A stretch of DNA of 64,000 nt from Phoronis australis. Lineage: Eukaryota; Animalia; Phoronida. The position numbers were made by a program, and so were the translations under genes. This document shows, one piece after another, positions 52,701 to 61,700 of the stretch; positions within the stretch are counted from its first letter, which is position 1; every line of letters begins with the position of its first letter. The DNA is taken from positions 62,001 through 126,000 of the forward strand of contig NMRA01000414.1 in the NCBI GenBank assembly GCA_002633005.1, read 5' to 3'. The notes below the pieces were generated by a model. That model was given only the letters and a program-made list of their open reading frames with translations. It was not told the DNA's origin and made no database searches.

Positions 52701-55700
52701 TTCCCTATTACCAGAAATAATGCCTCTTTGTTCGAATTAAAATTTGAAAGTGGTGTGTGTGCTAATGTAGAAAAATCATATCTAACTGTCCCTGTTTTAG
52801 TAGAAGTTGTATCAAGTCTTGAAAGCACAAAATACCCTGAATGTATCACATTCCCTCGCCATTGAGTAGAGTCGTCTTTGTGACGTTTCATATATTACTT
52901 TCTTTGAGTGTGTGATCGTAATGTTTATTGATCTATATTGTATTCGTCATTAAAATTTGTCATCCTTGAATAAGTCACATTACATTGTGCTACTTTACAT
53001 TTCTGTTGTGATAAACAACACTTCATTGGCTAAGTGTGTAACTATTAAGTTATGTTCACCTGTTCTGTGCATTTCATCTTGTACTGATAACTTGTTTTAT
53101 AGTTGATTTGACAACTGTAGTCCAATTACAGAAATTTTGCTTAATGTTAAGTCAGACATTGTGGTCCTTATTTTACCGAGACGTTTTTCTTTCCAGCTAC
53201 TGGTGCCACAAGTCACCGGGGCTCTGCCAAACCAGGAAAGGGCAAACGTGAGTCAGACTTTTCTGTAGGGTTCCCACATTGTCAATTTTTTGGCAACACA
53301 CATGCACACGCATCACGCGTGACACATTAGTTTAGCCGCATATTTTTTTTTGTTCATATGCCTTCAACCCAGCCATATTTCTACCTCACAGTTTAATGCC
53401 TTTTTGTTTTATTATGCTATAGATTGCACTCAACTTCACAAACACAGCTGTCTAGGGTGTTGACACGTAAACATGAAGTTTTATGGCTCACTAAATGAAT
53501 GTTCACAAAGCAGCACGAGAAAGACATGCTTGTGTTCCAAAAGTCACTCACTGGCTTGCGACTTTTGTACCTGGCAGCCAGTCACAATTTCAAAATTACT
53601 CCAGGAAGTTGTTTTGTGTGAGCATCTGTTTAAGCTAAGCCTACGATCATTTGTTGAAAGTTAACTGTTGACGTCACTCACTCACCTCACTTCTGATAAG
53701 TGTCCTTGTTTGTTGTACCTAGGCTCTGACCATCATCATGATAATCAAATGGGTAGGTCTTAAGGCATCGGCAGCTTTGTGGCGGCTCTGCATGCCCTCA
53801 TGTTGTTTTAACGACTACCGCATGCGGACAGTGTCTTGTGTGTTTCAACTTCTCTCCTTTGACTCCTGGTGTCTCCCTAAACCCGCGATGATATTGAATG
53901 ATCCACGCGTAGCGTCATTGACAAATTTTATTAATTTAAACAGACCCAGTCCTTTTTAGTTTGTCTCATAGTTAATAACACCATGAATAGACACAGACCA
54001 GACTTTCGTCAAAAAAGATGAGTTCGAAATGTCTATACGTCAGGCTGTCGTCTTAGAGCGCTTTGACTGTGTTGTGCAAGATGTTACAAACAGTATCCCC
54101 TTCATACATGCCCTAAACATTAACATAACGTTGACCCATCCTCTCGAGTCCCTGCTCATTTCAAAACGTCATGTATTTTCCAGAAGCAGGGAGTATTTGC
54201 AATGTTGTGTGTAACCGGGCTTGGGCACATGTTTAAGCAACACGCATTTTGTGGTAAAAGCATAAATCCTTCCCTTTGGTTGAGACATCAGTTTAATGGA
54301 AGTCGGCAACGATATCGGGTTAAATCCTTTGCAAATGACCGGCATTAAAGCCTGGCCCATTGGATCAGTGATTGAGTTTAACTTTGTATGCTTATCTATC
54401 TGACATCGTCTGCTACACGTTGCATGAATCATCGTCCCCTGCAGGGGGTTCTGTCGCAACGTGTTATTCGTTGATCCGGCTGTGTCTGCTTGCACTTGTT
54501 TAATGTAAAGCGCACTTTGTGTTGCACGAATATTTGTTGGCACTCTCTCATGCACAGGATTGTTGTTGTCTTGGCACAAGGTGTCACTACTTGTGTCCTC
54601 TTTTAGAGCATGGAATGATCTGGTGGAATGCTGTGTGTTGTGTGATCATTGTCGGTTTTGTGACGGCAAATGAATTTCCAGTTTGTTCCAAGGATCTTCA
54701 TTCTTTAATATGAAAATGGAATTCTTTTATATGAAAATTCCCTCGAGTTCTGTGAAGATGAAACATCCATGGGTACCGATTTTTTATAATAATTAATTCT
54801 TTGAAGTTGGAGTGCCTACACTTCAACTGTTATAGTGTGAGCATTTTATTGTCCAGATTTGATTCAAATTCAAACTTTTTCATTATTTACAAAGTGACAG
54901 ATTTGAATGTCAATAACGATTACTATTTTTTGAAGTGTTAGGTGCTAAACTTTTTAGAATGCTGAATGTAAAACATTTATTATAAATTTTTGATGGAATT
55001 TTAGAATAAATGATTGTTCTGTGGACAGAGTTGAGGTCATCGATTGCTTCTGACGGTCAAATCTTTTGGAATGGATAAGGCACGACACGATCTACTTAGT
55101 CACAGAACAGACTTATTTTCGTCAAATTCATAACATATACAATTTGTTTTGCTCTTAATCACAGAGGGCTGTGTTACAGTTGATATTTTCTAGAAACAAT
55201 GTAAATGTTGTGGTTTATATTTATATATATATAATAGCTTTGTGTTTATTTTTTGTATAGCTGAATGTGTTTATCTTATTATCGTGTCCTTTAACAATAC
55301 TGATGTTGTGTATTTAAAGGTGATGTCACTGACAAGACGCTTGAAAAATGGATTGACCGGTGAGTGGTGTGTTTGTACTCATGGGTTAATTGGGTCTTCA
55401 GTTAAAATAATTTATTGTCTTCATGACTCAACTGGATCACTGCTTTCTTATAACAACTCCCTGAGGCATGCTGGGAATTCAAAGGGGGGGGGGGTGGTAG
55501 GGAGTGAGTGCTCCTGCCAAAGGTTGGGGGACAGAGATGGATTTCTGCCTCACTAAGTTAATTACTATATGGAATTGTCTTAATGTTTCAGCGTTGATCT
55601 CTTATTGTAATTTAAGATTGATATTTCTTAGTGCTACACAAAACGATTTTGGGAACTCTGACTTGTGAGCAGAAAACTCTTTGACTTATGAGCAGAAAGC

Positions 55701-58700
55701 TTCTCTGAAGCATGTGAACTGCCGTGCACGGTGCACCCTATTTAGAAACCCGAGAAATGAACTGGTGACAAATTAAGCTCTTTTTGTTGACAGCGAAGGG
55801 TGTGTGGCCAAATCTTTGTGGTATTCAATAATTCCTCTGGTCAGTATTTGTGAATATCATAAACAAAATGCAGGTTGATGTTCAAAAAGTCTTTTTTGTT
55901 GTTATTTCTTCAGATTTCAGTGTTGGTTTGTTAGAAAATTGAAGGGGCCCATTCCTGAAAGGAAGAGGACCCTTTTGAAGAGTGGGTCGTCAGAAAAATG
56001 GCCAGTTCATTGCTGCCAGCTCGTCCTGAATATATTACTTAATGCATTTTAATCAATGTCTGCAAGGTCAACTCATGTCCACTAGCCGTTCATATATTTC
56101 TGTTTATCCGAACATTCACTAAGTATTTCATTATGGGACTAAAGATTTTTCTATATGTAGTCAGTTATTCTACTGAGGCTTTTTGTTACCAGAGAGCCAA
56201 CTCCTGAGGAGCATGTGGCCGCCGTCAAGATCCAGCGGAACTGGCGTCTACTATACGTCCGTCGTATTGTGGAGGCGCGCACGCCTGGGACGGACATCCA
56301 CAATAAAGTGGTGGAGACATTGCAGAAGGCGTGGGCAGTGCTAGAACCTCAAGCTGAGCAGCACGGTCTACAGCTGTTTAGGTGAGATGAAGGGGCAGGC
56401 AGCCTTGGGCTGGGCTTATGAGCTTGGGGCTGGCAAACAAGGTTCAGGTGACCTTCAGGTGACCTTTACGGTACAGTTAGCTGAAGTGGTTGGAAATTTC
56501 CGGAAAGTGTTTAATTTTCTTGGCCATCCGGTGTAGGAGTACTATGGTAAAAGTTCTCCAAAAAAGAAAGTGGGCTATGTTTACTGTCCCAAGTTCAATA
56601 ATTACAATCAACAAAATAGTGATCATTCGCCTCGATATTACAGACTAGGAGTCGCATCGGCCGTTTTCAGCAATTTTGTGAACTGTCAAGTGTGTTTAAT
56701 GACTTCTATTATAAGATGCAGTGTCCAATATCTAGAAATAGGATAGACGCCAAAACTGCTCATGTCCCATTCTTCAAAATCAAGAAAATTCAAATTTGGA
56801 TTGACTTTCGGTGTCCCAAAGTTGAGAGACTGTTCCAAACAGAAGAAGTGTTGCTGTATGTTTTAATTTTGATGAGGAGGCATAAAAGATGCCATACTTG
56901 AGGCTTGACAAAATTCGAATTGCCGTTAATATGAAATGTACGGCTCGTCTTGTAGAACACTATTCAAGCATGATCCGGAGCTGATGTCTAAATACCCTTT
57001 CCACAAGGATGAGTGGAACAAGATCTCGTACGCTGACTATTCAGGCTCATACCCTGACCAACCAGCTAATACCTGGTTCATAGTGTTCAGGTGAGAGGAT
57101 GTTATGTGGGTGCATTTTGCTTTATGTTGCAGTAATATTTTTGGTGTTAGTATTGCAAATCTTGCGTAACAATAAGTTGGTAGTGTTAACACACTTACAA
57201 GTGTTAAAGTAAACACAATGAAAAGTGAACACCACTTAGGACTCTACTTAATGATGTGAAATGTGTTGGAAGTGTTGTTGTTCAATTTTCAAGTTGAGTT
57301 TCAAGTAAAGTTAGGTTTTCACAAGCTCAGGTTTTGTTTCTATTTGAGTCGGATAATCTTGATTTGTTTTTTAGTAGAATTTGGTGTATTTTTTCGAAAA
57401 TGTTTGTTTCTAGAATGTGATGAATATGTCACTTAATGAGTCATGATTTGTACCCAGTCACAACTTTGCAATGGAGGTGTGGTTGTGTATTTCAGGGAGA
57501 TATTTTACGTTTCCGAAGAAATGTTGGCAGTCCCCAAGCTACTGAATGTACCGATTAACACTTGTCTTCTTCGTGTTGTGAACAATGATAATGGGGAGGA
57601 AATACCCAGGGTGTTCCAAAAGGTGGCGCCGTATGTCTACAAGAGAAACAAGAAAGGGTACACTTTTGTTGCTGAAGCTCGTACCACTGACACTGCCCTG
57701 CAAGGTGGGAAATGGAGAATGCGCCTGATTGGCTCACTCAGCCCCCTACCTGCACCAATCAGGACAGAGGTAACCAGCACTTTCCACCAACGGGAAATCA
57801 GAGACCACTATTTGCCCAATGAGAAGAATATCATCTTCAGGTAATGTGATACTACAGAAGAATATCATCTTCAGGTAATGTGATACTACAAAATTCTCAT
57901 AACAAGGACAATAAATGAGGAATTCTGCCTGTTGCTCTATTACTATTTCCATCAATGGAATATTTATATTGTTTTTTTTCGAGAATGTTTTTAAATTCAC
58001 CAACTATTGGTAGTTAGTCTATCACAAATTACCCATTCCTTCGTTTGCCCCGTGCAGGTACACAGTAAGAGTAACAGAGGACCACTTAGGTAGTATCCAG
58101 ATCAACACGTCCAAGTCAGACGTCTACATCCGTCTTTCCATCCTCGACCACGAGGAGGAGCTGCTGTCTACTGTGGGCAAAGGTCATGCGGTACTGTCCT
58201 CATTCATCTTCCAGAAAGACTACAATCCAGAGGAGGACAAACGAGCCAGCTCGCGCTCATGTAAGTAGTCCAGTGTGTTCCTACGGCAAAGTGGTGCCAG
58301 GCAGCGTTGGATATCTACTGACATTAAGTGGTGCCCTAACGAGAGGTGGTTTTGTACTGTTTCTGTGATGGGATGGGATTCTATTGCCTTTTCTGTTTAA
58401 CATTGTGAAATTTCTTAAAGCGGCTATGAACATGCTTTCCATACAAGAAGCGAACTTTAGATTTACACCTCTTACGGTTATGAACTTAGTCTCAACCTTG
58501 TGTTGTTCCTTATTCAGATGAGAAGCGACTTCTGGGTTTGCAGTTGTGAAATGACAGTTCGTTACTCCTTGAGACCATACTCGAGGCATAGCATGACAAG
58601 CCAAAGTTAGCGCCCGGTCGCAAGCACTAACCATTATTTTTTTGAAGCCACGAAATACCCACTATTTGATTAAGGAACAATTTGAGACCCAATTTCATAA

Positions 58701-61700
58701 GAGCAAGTGATCTAAATCAAAAGTTTTTTTTGTGATAGAATTTGGGTTTGGAACCGCTTCAACTATGTATTGGTCTGTAAGTCTTCATAGCCTTTAAGAC
58801 TTCTCACTTCATATGGTTTCAACTTATTTTGATATCATGTTTGTCAACTTATTGTTACCTGCCTCATGCTGTTAATTATTATCTTTGAATTGCAAGGTGC
58901 TTTTTCAATGTTTAATTTAAACCTGTTTCTAAAGTGGAAAAATGCTATTTCGCATATCTTCAATGATTGACATGACTATTGACTACCGTTTTGATGACTA
59001 GACTTTCCAAACAACGTCTCAAAGATGTTGGACGAATTGGGCATTTAAAAATCATGCAGTATTGAGTCTCTATGACTAGTCTCTAGTATGGTCTAATTTA
59101 TATGAATATTGGCATAGTTATCATGCCTTTAACCTACTCACCCTCCTTTACAGCCACGATTGGCACGAAAACTACTACAGGTAGATGGTTTGACTTGTTG
59201 CAGTTGTGTTGAACTTCGCTTTATGACGTGTTGGTGTCCAGACTAACGCTGCTTGTGCTGGTTTCATGTTATGATGGAAATAGTTAATATGTAAAGTTGA
59301 TAGATTTACTGGTCAAATTGTGTTGACCTAGTTAGACTGGCCACTATCAAACAGTTGAGCTCGTTATTTTCTTTAAACGGAACTTTTCATGCAGGCTTGA
59401 AAAAAATGTTCACCATTATGAGAAGTAAGTCGGAAGCACCATACAGAAGTTGCACTTATATTAGAGACTTTTTAATGAATTACTGGTGAATGCTCCATTA
59501 GAATCGCCTACCGTAGATTTAGAAGTATACCCTCAGAGCGTTCTTTTGTTGCATGCTGAAAACAGATAGAGTTAGATATTTGGTGTTGAAAACCATAGCT
59601 GTGTTTTATGTCATGTGACAGGTGCATACAAGAAATTACTGTTTACGCAATACCCATAGATCTCTGCAGTTTTAAGTGTTTAATATCAACGCTGTTTGTT
59701 AAGCTGACTTGAAAGAGTGGCTTTGGTTGTCTCAATCAATTTTCTGGTTAACTACGTCATTGGATAATCTGCGTTTGCTTGTTTGCTGCACTGAGCACTT
59801 TTGAGTTTGAGAGGCACAAGGACACTTTGGGGATTTGTTTCATGAAAATTGAAGTCAGACAGAAATTTGATCTTATGCTGCCATTTCGCAATTACTGAAT
59901 AAAGGTTTAACCAAGTAATTATTAGCACTTCATAACCTGGAAATAATTTATAAAAATTATCTCCCTCTGTAACTTGAAGTTATGGGTATATTCTCAGAGA
60001 CTGCATTATTTTTACTTAAGTGAGATTTAATTATTTTTCAGAAATAATTGTGTGGAGCATAAGATCAAATTTCTGACTTAAGTCTTTTAAGTGACTTAAA
60101 AGTAACTTTTCATGAAACAGGTCCCTGCACTTACGCGCGCAACAAGCTGTGTCTTGTAATAGAAATTGGGTATTTCATTGTAATTTTGTTGTCTTAGTTT
60201 TGGAAGCGAAATTTTTTTATGGCTGGCAGACTGCAATGTTTACCCTTGCATTACATCGAGATATATCGACCGTGGCTCTGAGACATCATTTGTTCTGCGT
60301 CTCATTGCCTATTGCTCGTTACTAATTGTCAAATCATTTCACTCTTCTTCAGCCATGCACGCCAAATCGAAGATGACGTCTAATGCACAGGCGGGGAAGA
60401 AAACTGCTCGCATTGGCTCTGCTAAAAGTCTTGAAGGGTCGCGACCTGCAAGTCACGTGTCAGGTGACTTGCCAATGGAGACTGAGGAGGAAGAGAGGGA
60501 TACAAGGGTAGGTACAGTGCTGGACAAAAGTAATCAGACAAAACACCTCTTATTTGGTCATGATTACTAATCCTGTATTGCAAAAATGACTGGGTGGCAA
60601 AATTCTAATTTCATGGTGGCTTTAAACCACTGTTTTGTTGACTCCCGTCAGTCCCCTGTATTCTCAGTCACAAAGGAAGACTAGTTTGGCTTGCACCTAG
60701 TCGTCATGATGGGGAATTTTGTCTGAGCACTTTTGGCTTGTACTGTTTGATTGTCATCAAGTTCTGTTTTTTCTGCAGTCTTGCTGCATTTGTAGGTGTT
60801 ATATTTTTCGGAAAATGCAATGAACAGTGAATGAAGTAAAACCCAGAAAGTGTCAAGAATCATATCAAAGTTATTGTAAGCTCTAAAAACAAGGTAGTTC
60901 ATCTCAAGTAAATTAAGAGAGATTTTATGGTGGAGATTACTAATTTGTGTTATTGTCTTTCATACGCTTATATTGCCTTGGATATCGGTATGAATGGCAA
61001 ACTTGTGTTTGTAATTATTGCTGCTTTTAACTACTACTATGATGTTTTTTTGAATTTCAGCCACACAAGTACATTATTCAAGCAACAGTGCTACGTAACA
61101 GCTGGCCTCTGTCGCAGACTGCCTGGGCATTTGTGCAAGATTTGAAGGAATTGGAGAAGAACGAACTGAAAAGTAAGACAATCATGAAGTCTGATTACAT
61201 GAATCCTTGCCTTTGATGGTTTTGAGGTGCTTGTATGAGGACCTGGTGTAAATGAAAAGATTCTACATTATTCAGATCTAGCATGAATGTGGATAGCAAT
61301 ACCCGGGCTTCAACGGCAGCTTTTATTTGACAATGAATCCATAGTAATGTACAAGTTATTGCAGTCGATGTTGGAATGTGTAGTTTGTTTACAGTTCTCA
61401 CTGTCAATGGCATGTGTTTGTGTGTTTTGGTTGTGTCCATAGGGGGCCCAGACACCTGGGTTCTTTTACTAAATCCGCCTGTGGTTTTGTCATTAGTTAA
61501 TTAGTATCTGATTGTAATTGTCTTCTCTGTGTAGTGTGTTTAGTAATGTGTGTCTAACTCTGAACTGCCTTTGTTATATTTATTTTTTCGTAAAACAGCA
61601 GTTTTGTTCACTCTGCTTAATATGTATTGTTTCTTAGTTTAATGTGGCCTGTGTCTAGTGGTTTGTTAGCATGTACCTGTGTGCAGTTCACCAGAAACAC

